A stretch of DNA of 64,000 nucleotides from Botryllus schlosseri (GCA_051294905.1 CM119374.1:23250001-23314000), one strand, 5' to 3'; numbered from the stretch's first letter, positions 13,331 to 26,111 are shown. Notes: generated by a model from the letters alone, not told the origin. Program-made: numbers and translations.

Positions 13331-13409
13331 CGAATTAATCCAGTGGTTCCTAAATTATTTCGACTTATCGCCACCTTATCAAGCTAGACATATAATTATC
13401 GCTCCCAAA

Positions 13410-13936
13410 AACGAATTGATATGATACATTACCCAACCACATATCCACGGGATACAAGTTAGGCTGCGCCGATGCTTGACCATTAATATAAACTTGTAAA
13501 GTGTATTTAAATTTGATTTAGATCACACAAGTGATCACCTAACACGAATTACCACTGACCAGTCTGTAGAACAGAGATAGATACCTTGTTATTTAACTTT
13601 ACTAATGCGAAAACGTACGCTGTAAGAGGTCAATTTGTTTGTGATAGAACAATGGAGGTTCAGTAAAACGCAAAATCATTGAATGAATGTGATTTGTCGC
13701 TCTCACCAGTCACACCAGCCTATCGAGAACAATCCAAACATTTGTAAAGAATACAGCGATTGTTATCAACACCGATTACTTGATGACTTGAAATTGACTC
13801 GTAATAGTTTGCTCCGAGTCACGAGTCAATCCGCATTTCTGAAACGCCGAGTCAAGTCAAGTCAAGTCATTTTTGCAAAGTGACTCGAGTCAAGTCAAGT
13901 CATACGAAAAAGGTGACTCGAGTCATCCCAACACTG
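13410..13936 (+). mobile_element. 5'-truncated copy of the CAGTGTTGGGAT/GACTCGAGTC hAT MITE family
   Basis: Ends ...GGTGACTCGAGTCATCCCAACACTG, matching the right end of 24969-25859. Internal similarity extends back to about 13410. The left TIR is missing. Confidence 0.8.
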
Positions 13937-15394
13937 AACTATACTACTAGGCAAATTACATCACTATGGATTTAGAGGAGTGATGTATAAACTATTGGAG
14001 TCTTACTTGAACAATAGAAGCCAATTTGTCAAAAGTAATGAATTTTCATCTGATAAATCAATAGTTGAAATGGGTGTACCACAAGGATCCGTTTTAGGTC
14101 CCTTCTTATTTTTGATCTATATAAATGACTTAAATAATGCCTCTGGCTTTACTATCCAATTATTTGCAGATGACACATCTCTGATACTGTCGTCGAACAA
14201 TATAACTGACTTAGAGTCCTCTTGCAACTCAAACCTGCAAAAAATATTGGATTGGATGAATAATAATAGATTAACCATAAATACCTCAAAAACTCACTGT
14301 ATGCTCTTTGGAAGGAATTCGAATAATAATTTTGATAAATGGCTGAATAGGGAAAGCCTGATTCTACAGAAAAGCATACATTATTTAGGTATAGTTATTG
14401 ATAACAATCTGACATGGGGTGAACATATAACCTCTATTTGCAACAAGCTATCTAAAACCATAGGTATCATTCGAAAGTCACGTTTTATTTTACCACAATC
14501 CACACGAATAATGATTTATCATACCCTATTTCACTCTCATCTAACTTATGGTATCATTCTCTGGGGATCCACATGGGAGAAACATTTGGATCGAGTTAGG
14601 AGCCTGCAAAATAAAGCCATCAAACTAATATGCCTTGCCAATCGTAGAGATCACGTTAACCCCTTATATTATAATTTAAAAATCCTGAAAATTGATGATA
14701 TTTACAGATTTGAAGTCGGCATTCTGATGCATAAGTTCTACAATAACACCCTACCTGACATTTTCTCGAACTACTTTACACCTATCAGTGAACATCATTC
14801 TCATTTTACAAGAGGTTCTGTTATGAATCTGTATTTACCTAAGGCCCATCACAAAACCATTGCCTATCAAGGTCCTCTAATGTGGAACTCCATTCCTTCG
14901 CATATTAGGAGCAATACTTTATATGTGTTTAAAACCATGTATCGTGCCTTCCTTATTGAATCATACAAAAGCTAAAATGTATTTTTAGTGTGAACTAGTA
15001 CCGGTCAACATATCTTGTTTGCTTCAGACCAGTACACTTTATATTATTTTCCTCCGTTTTTCCTAACAAGAGCTATTACATTTATCCTGTCAATCTTACA
15101 ATTCACTGTTGCAGTACGATGTATGCAATTTATAGCCAATCTACTTCGATCAGCTGCAGTAGACTTGATGATCAACAGATCACTTCGCTGCAGCTTCATC
15201 TTGCAATCGTAAAACATATTGGCCAATCCTATGAACTGTAAATCGTATTCGTACACATCTCATTTGCTTTGAAACTGACACTGTAACCATTTTTTTTGTA
15301 TGTGTCCGTGATTCTGAAGTTTATGCTATTTTGTTGCCTGTTTTGTTATTTTACGATGATGAATAAAAAATTCTCTCTCTCTCTCTCTCTCTCT
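13937..15394 (+). mobile_element. 5'-truncated non-LTR retrotransposon (L2/CR1 group) with an open RT C-terminal frame (ORF 13980-14975)
   Basis: The frame opens as LLGKLHHYGFRG and contains GVPQGSVLGPFLFLIYINDL and FADDT RT motifs plus a C-terminal IAYQGPLMWNSIP, with no stops over more than 330 codons. About 420 nt of 3' UTR end in AATAAAAAA plus (CT)n. The flanks carry the 5-bp direct repeat CACTG. Confidence 0.92.
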
Positions 15395-15595
15395 CACTGT
15401 TGGATACAAACTCATGTGCAGACAGTGCAGCAGGCTAAGGCTGGCTGTGATGATTTTGATGAGAAAAAAACTGACACTCGTGCACAACCTAACGGTAAGC
15501 TTGTGCTCAAACAGTAATCCCCATGATGTCTAATTCATCCCAAATATCTGTCGTGTCGGTCGGAGTCACACAAAATATATAGGAAATGTATTGCT

Positions 15596-18500
15596 TCACA
15601 AGTAATCAGGATAAGGATAACCAAAATAATCATATTGCGACTTGTACAACTCAAATATCTTTAACCGCTGATGGCGCGTCAGGGCTTTGTAGTAGTCGCG
15701 ATAATTAGATTTCCACTTTTTCTTCAAACTGTCCGAATCTTCTGAAAGCAGAGAATGTTGGTAGTTGGTACTTACTACTTACTCGACAACAATTAAGAGT
15801 TCTGTTTACTTAACTTGTTATGGTTTAGAATAACTTTCACTTCTACTTGATGCGACTCACAGATGCGGTCGAAAACTGGCCTACCGCCTTATTTCAAGAG
15901 CCCGTTTGTTCGGCGCTATTGTATTGTCGTCGTCGTTGATATAGCGTTTACTACCCTGTGCTATAATTATACTAAAACGAAGTTATTTCCAACATCTCAC
16001 TAGAGAATGCGCCAAGGGCTTTAATATTCAGCTTCGCAGCGATGTACGGAAAGTCTTCGTCGATCGTTTCCAATTTGGCGATGATATCGTAGTCGAATAG
16101 ACACGGGTCGCAGTTAGCAGTGAAGGGTTTCCAGTGTTTGTTGACGCGATTCAGGTCCGGTGCTGCGAGAATCGAATCCACGAATTCGCTGAATGTCAAC
16201 TCGCCGTCCGTGTTGTTACCTTTACCGAAACGCAAAATTTTCAGTTAATTCTGCTGGTGAATCGACCATTACTGTACCGTATGTCCTATAGGAGTGTTAA
16301 TAAAGCTAGGCATACCATATGTCCTCTTTTCTAAGGAATAGTGAATGGTTCTCCGAGGACGCCCGAATGTCCTCTTTTTTCGCAATTCGATTTAGTTGCT
16401 CATACTTACAAAACTTTTAGGAGAGAACTCGAAAGAGGCCCAAAATTATTTCGTAAATTAGCATAAATTATAAAGTTTTTGGAAAATTTTTGCAACTTTA
16501 AAAATAATTCCGCGCTTGGCGCGATTTAATGTTACCAAATATCTGGGTCTTTTAGTTTAGTACGTTTAGGTTATTTCAATATCTTTTGACATAGCAGACA
16601 GGAGGTCACGAAAGAACATCATGTAATGAAGTTATTATACAGCCCGAATATGTTTTATTATTATTTACGGGCCTTACAGTTTCGAAGACACCTCATTGAG
16701 CTCGACCGGGAAATTTGATTACGTGAGCAGGGAGGACAAAAAATTGATAGCAACATATATGCAATTCCCGATCATATGGACCGGTTCAATCATGAAATGT
16801 TGAAAATTTTCGCGCTTCGCACGTTTAGGCGCAGTACAATAAATGTCGGTTATAAGTCGCGGCAAACACGACTAACGTGGTGGGGGGTCTGGGGAGCTTC
16901 GCCCCCCCCCCACCTCCCATACGTTTGGTTTATCACCTTAAGGGAGCCCAAGACGAACGATTTGGGGAGGCTGACGAAGTGCTGTTACGGTACTGCCTAG
17001 TAGTTGGATAAGTTTCAAGAATCTTGAGGGTTATATAATTTCAATGATATTTCGGTAAAGTAATTTTCTTACCTTTCTTACCGGTCAAATTTGACGGGAA
17101 CCGCAAAGTAATCGTTGGCTTAATCTATAACATAAATTTGATTTGTTGTTTGTTTGTGTGCATGTTTTAATAACTTTAATTAATAGATTTGCTTTATTTT
17201 TGTAACTATGTTGCCTGTAACTGCCAAGGAAGTGCTTCAAGTGCACAGAACTTCAATATACAATTGAATCGTATATTTATATTGTATTGAAATGAACCCG
17301 AGCATTTTCGACTGATACTCGTCAGGGTTAATCGTCAGCAACTAGTAGAGAATCAGAAAGAACATTGTAGGCTATATCATACGTAGGCCTATATACGATT
17401 GTTGATATACAATGTTCTTTCCAATTCTCTACTATAGTTTTTGATGAATACCCCTGGCGAGTGTCAGCCGAAAATATTCGAGTTGATTTCATTCTGAATA
17501 TACTATTCAATTATACCAAGGAAGTGTAAAACACCATCAAACTCAAATGTATTCTCAAATTCTATTTTCGTTTTACTTGCCGGTAAAAATGTCCTCTATT
17601 TAGATTCTGAAAATATGGTAGGCCATATTTGCTTCTACTCTTCTATATTCAGGAATGTTTATATGCGTACTACTTCAACTGTTTCATCAATTTTCAACTG
17701 AAACGCATTTGCTGGATATGCAGTAGAAACTACCTCCATATTTAGCTCCGTTTAGCCATTACGTGTTTCTCAAGGTAATGGATCTCGACGCTGGCGATTA
17801 CGTGACGTTCTACCCATATACGGTATTGGCCGGGAATATCTAAAACTCCTGTATAGTCTATCAGTTGTTTTCACCGTTATTTCGCTACGTTTTTGCGTCA
17901 TAAATTTATATCATTTACACGGCTCGCTTGTCTGTCACAGTTGTCTTAGTTGCCTGGAAATTGACATGGGTTTTGGTGGAAGACTTGGAAAACTATAGAT
18001 GATTCTAACTTTCTAATTAGACTAAATGAGCGAATTACTGGTAATCTAATTATAATATAATTTGAGGAATGTTTTTTAAGCTCTGATTTTAATTCTATTC
18101 CAATTTCTGATTTCTGTGAAAATATTGCAGGAGAACTGTATAGTAGGGATCTTCAAAAATGAATTTTTGTCTCAAATCGGACTGGCTACTTGATAAAATT
18201 GTTAAGTTACCTAATTTAAGCCTACACTACACACCAGATTTGGTTCAATTCCAACCAGTAGCCGCATTGCTACAGGAGAAGAAAGTTTCTATATTTATTA
18301 TAAGAAATAATTGAATAGTATATTCATATTGAAATAGATCCGAATATTTTCGGCTGACACTCGTCAGGGGTAATCGTCAGCAACTAGTAGAGAATTGGAA
18401 AGAACAGTGTATATCAGCAATCGTATATACGTATGATATACAATGTTCTTTCTGGTTCTCTACTAGTTGCTGACGATTACCCCTGACGAGTGTCAGCCGA

Positions 18501-21500
18501 AAATATTCGGGTTTATTTCAATATGAATACACTATTCAATTGTATATTGAAGTTCTGTACCTCAAAAAAGCTCTTCCAATAAAAAAAATAAATAACAAAA
18601 AAATTGAAAATTTTCTGTCCACCTCATGAAAGTGTTGGGTTGTCTATAGAAACGATGCTCACCAAATTTGGTTCAATTCCAACCAGTGGAAGCGGAGTTA
18701 TTGCTGTCGAAAAATTTGGATTTGAATAAAATAGTATTTACGGTGGGCACCACTATAATAAAAATTGTTCACCGAAAATACTATTTTATTCATAATCCAA
18801 ATTTTTTTACGGCAATAACTCTGCTTCCACTGGTTGGAATTGAACCAAATTTGGTGAACATCGTTTCTATAGACAACCCAACACTTTCATGAGGTGAACA
18901 GAAAATTTTCAATTTTTTTGTTATTTATTTTTATATAATAAATAGAAACTTTCTTCTCCTGTAGCAATGCGGCTGCTGGTTGGAATTGAACCAAATTTGT
19001 TGTGTGGGCTTAAATTAGGTAACCTAACAATTTTATCATTTTTGAAGTCCCCTACTGTATAGTGCGAAACGACCCAAGCTTGGTGTACAGGCATTTGCCA
19101 TTCTCGTGCTTATACGAGGGGACTCTGATTTGATAGGAACTGAACACGATTTTTGTTGCATTACTTTTTTAATTCGGGATTTTATTCAGTTTCAAATTTT
19201 TTGCGAATTCAGTAATTCCAATTCTAATCTAATTTTGAAAAGCTAAAAGTTTTCTAGTTGCCGAGCTCTGTTTGGGAGGATTACGGAACATCGAGACGAA
19301 CATCGAGACGACACCCAGCGCGTCACGCGCGCGGGCGGTCAGAAACCAAAATTACCGTTTTTACTGCGTATCCTCTTTGTCATAGCAACGAACACAGGCT
19401 GCTTCACCTTTACTAGTTTGTCCTTATACGCAGACACCAGCCTTTCAAGTGGTTCTCTAACGGTCATTATCCTGTAATACTCGTTTACTTTGCGTTCTGC
19501 TGCATCGAGTCCGTTTTCCGCATGCCACAGGAGTCTGCTTCAACATTCTCAGTCAGTCCAAGGTCCCGTTATAGGCTATTTGCCAAAGTGTCAAATTCAA
19601 CAGTAGGCCTACCTTTTGGATATATCTCGCCTAGCCATGCAGCAAGCATATATATAGGTTGAAACCATTCTCATATCATTAGTGTCGCCGATCCATAGCT
19701 CACAAGCCATTTTATAGTCAGGGGCGCGTGGACGAAACGCAGTTATTATTATTATTATTAGTAGGCTATTATTATTGATGAAAAGGAGAGTGACGCTTTT
19801 CGCCTGTAAGGCCAGGTGCGTCACGGACTAGAATGTATGGGCGGTGTACTAAATTAAGGACAATTACTTTTACAAAAGAAGTGCAGTACAGGCGCCACTC
19901 CGAATGCACCATTAGTAATAATAATAAAAACTGTACCTATCACGAAATTTCTTCCGGTATTCCGTTACTGTCAATTTCCGCGAATCATTCTCCAAGTATG
20001 TTAGAAGCTTGCGCCATTGTGTGGATCCACATTTCGGAACATTGCACACCATGACCTGTCAAAGATTGATGCTCATTCTTTCCCGGCTACATTTCAACAC
20101 CGCAAGCGGGGCGTAGGCACAACGCTCACGAAAATACTACCAGGGTGCAGTGTTGGGATGACTCGAGTCATGACTTGACTCGAGTCAGACTCGAGTCACT
20201 TTTTCGTATGACTTGACTTGACTCGAGTCACTTTGCTAAAATGACTTGACTTGACTTGACTCGGCGTATCAGAAATGTGGATTGACTCGTGACTCTGAGC
20301 AAAATTCACGAGTCAATTTCAAGTCATCAAGTAATCAGTGTCGATAAAAATCACTGTATATCTTGCATATGTTCGGATTGTTCGCGCAACGCTGGTGTAA
20401 CCCGTGAGAGCTACCAATCATTCAATGAGCGTGCGTTTTACTGAGCCTCCATTGTTCTCTCACAAATATATTGATCGCAAACGAAGTGATCGAAGCTTAC
20501 AGCCTACGCTGTTGTAAACTATAGTATAGTAAGGTAATTTAATAGCGAAATGTATATTTCTGTTCTGCGTTCTTAACTTGACCAAACCTCTTGTTTTGTA
20601 GAAATTGAATTCGAAATACATAGTCCTCAACGATTGGCACAGGATCGTATTGTATCATATCAATATGCAAAAGGGTAATGTATTGCATCTTATCAACTCG
20701 TTTCTCTATTTTGGCTGGTAACTATAAACTGAGGCTGTGCAATTACTTACGTTGTTTATTAGTTCTACTTGTATCTGAGCGATACAGCGCCTTGCTTGGG
20801 TGTATATTTAACTCTATATTCGTTCATCGGTTCAAAATCAATGACCACTCAATCTGTATTTCAGACAGCTAGCAAAATACAATGACGTAATCACGCCTCA
20901 TACCTCGAAAAGGCAATTTGACTTGAATTGTGACTTGACTCGTGACTTGACTTGACTTGACTCGACTTGACTCGAGTCACCTCCAAAAATCGACTGACTT
21001 GACTTGACTCGAGTCACCTTCGAAAATCGATTGACTTGACTTGACTCGAGTCAAAATGTGCAATGACTCGAAATGACTCGTGACTCGAAGGTAGTGACTT
21101 GATCCCAACACTGCCAGGGTGTGACGTCAAACGATAACCACAGGTATCATAAACAGGGCTGGGCAGATTCGAGTACCATGGGTGACCCCGGATCTCGAAA
21201 TATGGCAACCCTAACTTATCGGCCCAAAACAATCTAATTTAGTGGAGGATAGCAGGTATTTCCCGTCTAATCGTGAGAATATAATGTGCGTCGCATATTT
21301 GGCAAATTAAACTCAAAACCATAATATTTAGAAAATTCTTCGCGACCCACCGATTGGGAAGCACTGCGTTAGGGGTTTCGACGACTCCAAAGTAAAAAAA
21401 TTCAATCAGGTAATTACTAGGGCAAGTTTTTTTGTTGCAGTTAAATCCGTGGAAAGTTGCATTTATTTTTGAAAAAAGTTGCAGAAGTTGCATTTTGACC

Positions 21501-23736
21501 ACATAAAAGGTCAACTTTCCAGATCGACTAAAAAAAGGTCAATTTTCCGGCTCAGCTCCCGAAATACCCGTAAAAGCGTTACTTCGGTGCTGATTTACGG
21601 TGTTTCAGTCGAATTTGGAATAATTGGGAATAATTTCAAAGTTTGCAAATGGTATAGCGCTCTCTGACAACTTTACAGTTTGCTTCGTATACAGTATCAG
21701 TATCAGTTTATTAATATTTTCATCATTTCAAAACACCACAAAACTGCGATACAATGAAAAGATAGGAAAGTGTCGAAACGACTTATTGGAGTAGTCTTTG
21801 AGATCAGACACCCACCTTGGCCTACTGAACGAAAAGTAATGCAGAGGATATAAAAGGCAAGAGACAAAATGATGTGACATGTGGCGGAAGGCGAGATCGA
21901 TGTCAGGTCGTGGTCCGGTAATCCTGAAGGCTGACTAGTATTCATTTAGAAGAAATTGCTTGTATTTTGACTCGAATGCGGACATGCTCGACGACTGTCG
22001 GATAGCCGCCAGCCGGCGAGATGCTGTTCCGCAATTGGGGTCCGCCATACTTGATAGAGCAATGCGTTTTCTTGTATTCCGTCCCGATCATATGGTATTT
22101 GTTCTTCGTTGACGCGCGTGTGCCGTACTTGTGCACTTTGACTCACACAAAAATGTCGCTTCGATGAATATACACATAGCACAGCCTTGCGATACATATT
22201 TTGTATGTTATGATCGAGATTTCAATGCCTGCGGGGGGAAAAGAAGATCTCGAGACGATGATTTTCATTGATATAATATGTCTCAGTGATACTGTGCGCA
22301 TAAATTCGGTACTCGAAAAGATTAACTCTCACAACTCGACTCGAATCATCAATTTTAGTGTTCGATTTGGATACCAGTACTAGAGTCGTAATACTTCTTC
22401 ATAATTATAACCCCCCCTGACCGAGGGTTTTTGCAAGTACCTCCTTGTTTACAGCGCACGCGATTGTGAAATTGTTCGTAGAATCGCAGTTGTATCATTT
22501 TGCTATCGGTGTGAACAGATATAACTGATGAATATAGTCATGCTCTTATGATAACGGTGTGTGTCATCGTTTTTGAGTAATCAGTGAATAGATTACATAA
22601 TAATGATGGCTAAGGGATAGGTGTCCCATAACCAAAGCTCACTCAGCATATCTGTAGTAGAAGCTACCCAATTTAACACCTTATATTTATCTGATATGTA
22701 CAGCCGTGGTCTGTCGTCGATGGCTAGATTGGCATATCGCCGAAGGGATATCCAGTCTTCGTTATATTCCGAACCATGTAGTCGACACTGTTCCCGAATT
22801 CTTGCTGCCCGCTCCCGATACCTCGGTTGTAGAGATATAACGTCAGATGTCGATAATCTCTAGAGAGAGAGAGTGGATCACAGAGAACATTTTGTAAAAC
22901 ATGGGCTGGATTGTTTCTGAACTGGTATGAAACCCCGTTACCCTTTGAATTTATGTGATAGAGAGTAAGACTAACCCTACCAACTTGAACGATATTTGAA
23001 CCACAAATGTTGACTATATGTACTCTCTGAACTACAATTAGGGCTGCATTTAAAACAAAAATGAATTTAAAACAAGCATGTTTAAAACAAGGCCCTCCGT
23101 TTGTTTTGAATGCAACCATAACTACAATATTGTAAATTCTAGAAATAGCCTGAACATACTGTAAATTTTGTTCGTGGCCCAAAATGCACTAAAGTTTAGT
23201 GACTAGACCGATAAAAAATCCTACGAGGTAACCTCAATATCAATTACTCAGTTGACGATAGTTTTACTTCGTTGAGGAAGTAGTAGACTGTCTTTCACGT
23301 AGTCCTATAAATAAAGGAACCGGTAATAAAGGCGTATAAAGCTATTAAGTAATCATTGTTTGGTTAGATATATCCATCCACCCAAGACACAAGACACGTA
23401 ATATGCGATACACAAGAAGACACAATGCGATGCAATGAATAAATGAATCTGTGATTTACACATTTGGGTTTCAAGTACAGACGGTACACACGAAGAGGTA
23501 TGATCGTAATTGCAAGCGAAGTAGTAGTACCAACTTCACTATAAGGTAAGCGTTATGCATGCGAATTTCCAATCGCTTGTATAAGAAATGTGCAAGTAAT
23601 GCTACACAGAAAGCTATATCTCATATATTTTGTGCAATCTCATACTCACCTTCGTCCTATGATTTTCATGAATAGTGTACATTGAAATTGTCACTATGAC
23701 TATGGCGAAGCAAACAGCATTTTCCTTCTTCGGCAT
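15596..23736 (-). CDS. Carbohydrate sulfotransferase (Sulfotransfer_2 / CHST8-14-like), tandem paralog 2, 309 aa
   Basis: Exons (minus): 23736-23650 (MPKKENAVCFAIVIVTISMYTI signal anchor), 22859-22680 (RLYISDKYK), 20055-19937 (VMVCNVPKCGSTQWRK), 19534-19356 (VREPLERLVSAYKDK), 16219-16001 (HWKPFTANCDPC...AKLET), 15741-15596 (YDYFGYPYPDYL*). The exons sum to 930 nt (310 codons) with GT-AG introns. Confidence 0.92.
17235..17515. mobile_element. About 280-bp palindromic element, copy 1
   Basis: Long internal inverted arms (ACTCGTCAGGGTTAATCGTCAGCAACTAGTAGAGAA...TTCTCTACTA...CCCCTGGCGAGT). Flanked by the direct repeat CCAAGGAAGTG (17224-17234 and 17516-17526). An inverted second copy lies at about 18308-18578. 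Confidence 0.75.
18144..19054. mobile_element. Foldback (long-TIR) element with a nested palindromic element, in intron 4 of CHST paralog 2
   Basis: Termini TAGGGATCTTCAAAAATGA...TCATTTTTGAAGTCCCCTA with a perfect 8-bp TSD CTGTATAG (18136-18143 and 19055-19062). The arms are inverted repeats over hundreds of bp. The insert at about 18308-18578 interrupts the left arm. Confidence 0.88.
20148..21113 (-). mobile_element. hAT MITE, CAGTGTTGGGAT-TIR family with GACTCGAGTC/GACTT subterminal arrays
   Basis: TIRs CAGTGTTGGGAT...ATCCCAACACTG with a perfect TSD CCAGGGTG (20140-20147 and 21114-21121). It lies in intron 2 of CHST paralog 2, inverted relative to 24969-25859. Confidence 0.93.
21417..21640. 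mobile_element. Partial copy of the TAGGGCAA/TGCAACTTTT element family
   Basis: TAGGGCAAGTTTTT...GCAGTTAAATCCGTGGAAAG matches the reverse complement of the right end of 28402-29006. Confidence 0.6.
21690..22210 (-). mobile_element. 3' end of a second LINE family (L2/CR1 group), copy 1
   Basis: The minus strand encodes an RT C-terminal remnant (KTHCSIKYGGPQLRNSI), followed by a 3' UTR, AATAAA and a (CTGATA)n tail. Homologous to about 41000-41417 (+) and 60722-60840 (-). Confidence 0.8.
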
Positions 23737-24968
23737 GATGCTTGATTGAATGTTGAAATATTTTCATTTACTCATAGTTCTGGACGTCAGCGTTCGAATT
23801 AGCATATATACCTGCATTTTAAAGCTAAAGCATAAATATAGCGATAAAACTATACAGGCGGAACCCATTACCAATCCGCAATCGACACACATAAGGTATT
23901 GCCGATCTTTGAGAGTTTTGGTTAATTCTCGCTTATTCGACCCTGCTAATAAAGCCATAGGTTATGACGCTCCTGGAATTTACCATCGATCACACCTGTT
24001 GTATTCGAACTCAATTTGCAGGATCAATCATACTGCGTGGCCTCCCAGATATTCGAGAACATACAATATGCATTATTTTCTAAGCACACGTACCTCGGTC
24101 ATACGAGATGCCTCACTATCCCCTTCACTCGAATCACACATTTCCGTGAAATGTTTTAAACACCCCGAAACCGCTTTAAACGCTAAATCTTAACAGCGAC
24201 GAATCAGGTATCTTGATTGACAATATGCCTTAGGGCAATGGAAATAGTCTAGCTTCTGAAGATCACCACCAATTCGTGGACTAATACGGTACGCCTAGGC
24301 CCCGGTTTATCTCCCTACAGCCCTACACCACACGGAAGAGGGTGAACTACGGTCCGAAACATATTTGCGGCACCCGAAAGCCTAAAGAAATGTTCTAAAA
24401 ATATTGATAAAATACGTAGTACAAATCAAATCCCTGCAGCGGCTCGATTAAGCTTTTCTTTTTATATTTTTCCATGATATTGATGAGGAGACCTAGTAGC
24501 CTTACAATAGTATTTTTCATATTTGATGGCACAATAACCCGACATCGGGCCCACGCTTTTTGAAAGGTTTGGCTTGTTAAACATCCCAGAAAGTCAAAAG
24601 TCGGCTGCATAGCCTACATATATCTTATCTCGAGGTGTTTGGTCACTGCAATCAAATGAAAGATTGCGTTCTGGCCCATAATGCCAATTTCTCAATACTG
24701 CGGCCCACGAATAGATTCAGATGTCGAAAGCGGCCTTTATGCTTGAGGTTTTGCCCACCGAATCGTTGTATCAAGCCCTAGCATCTATCAATTCTCACGC
24801 TTATTGAATGCCATCGCAACTTTCTAGAGTTCCCCACTAGAAGTTACGAACACTGACAACAGTCTTCCTTTTTACCGCCGCACAGAACTCCACGACTTCA
24901 TCTAGGCGACCTTGTCAGCGACGGTGCAAGGCTGCCGTTTCTAGTTGCCAGCGTTACCCTCTACCAAC

Positions 24969-25859
24969 CAGTGTTGGGATCAAGTCACTACCTTCGAGTC
25001 ACGAGTCATTTCGAGTCATTGCACATTTTGACTCGAGTCAAGTCAAGTCAATCGATTTTTGGAGGTGACTCGAGTCAAGTCGAGCCAAGTCAAGTCACGA
25101 GTCAAGTCACAATTCAAGTCAAGTTGCCTTTTCGAAGTATGAAGCATGATTACGTCATTGCATTTTGCTAGCTGTCTGAATTACAGATTGAGTGGTCATT
25201 GATTCTGAACCGATGAACGAATATAGAGTTAAATATACAGAGTTAAATATAAAACTACGTAAGAAATTGCATAGCCTCAGTTTCTAGTTATCAGCCAAAA
25301 TAGAGAATAAAGAAACGAATTGATAAGATGCAATACATTACTCATTTATACATATTGATATGACGCAATTCGAATCTGCGCCAATGGTTAAGGAGTATAT
25401 AAACTATATCCTATTACCATTTCAATAAAACAAGAGGTTTGGTTAAGGTAAGAACAGAGAACAGAAATAGACATTTTGCTATTAAATTACTTTACTACTA
25501 GTTTACGACAACGTAAGCTGTAAGCTTCGATCACTTCGTTTCTAGTCAATTTATTTGTGAGACAATGGAGGCTTAGTAAAATGCACGATCAGTGAATGAT
25601 TGGTCGCTCTTGCACGGGTTACACCAGCGTTTCGCGAACAATCCGAACATATGCAAGAAACAGTGATTTTTATCGACACATATTACTTGATGACTCGAAA
25701 TTGACTCGTGAATTTTGCTCCGAGTCACGAGTCAATCCACATTTCTGATACGCCGAGTCAAGTCAAGTCGAGTCATTTAAGCAAAGTGACTCGAGTCAAG
25801 TCAAGTCATACGAAAAAGGTGACTCGAGTCACGTCATGACTCGAGTCATCCCAACACTG
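24969..25859 (+). mobile_element. hAT MITE, CAGTGTTGGGAT-TIR family, second full copy
   Basis: Same TIRs and subterminal arrays as 20148-21113, with a perfect TSD CTACCAAC (24961-24968 and 25860-25867). Confidence 0.93.
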
Positions 25860-25929
25860 CTACCAACACCACAAAACACTTTTCTTAACAGTAATGAATA
25901 CCCTGCTTCTAAGCGTATTTAACGCTGGA

Positions 25930-26090
25930 ACACGGAATGGATTGCGAGTTTTAGTACGACCGAGGTCCACTCCAGAATTCCTACCCAAGTGTTAGATGTC
26001 TATCCAAGCTCCTCCTCCCCATGTGATCCGCGTTAGCGGTGTCTTACAAAGCCCACCACGAAAACGGGACGCGCTACAAGTCGGCAAGTA
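25930..26090 (+). mobile_element. Degenerate SINE copy related to 6440-6704
   Basis: Shares CTCCAGAATT...GATCCGCGTTAGCGGTGTCTTACAAAGCC...GCTACAAGTCGGCAA with the 6440 copy. Confidence 0.65.
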
Positions 26091-26111
26091 AGTCTGTCTG
26101 TCTGGTGTAAC

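Noticed and set aside
13980-14975. RT as part of a retron, DGR or group II intron system
   Set aside because: The motifs (PQGSVLGP, FADDT), 5' truncation, 3' UTR and microsatellite tail are those of an L2/CR1-group LINE. No msr-msd, TR/VR pair or intron structure was seen.
22724-23182. 152-aa minus-strand ORF (and the 3' part of 11548-11922) as a separate membrane-protein family
   Set aside because: The real CHST-2 exon 2 lies in another frame within it. ORF 11548-11922 is CHST-1 exon 1 read through its donor into the intron. The apparent similarity between them is not supported further.
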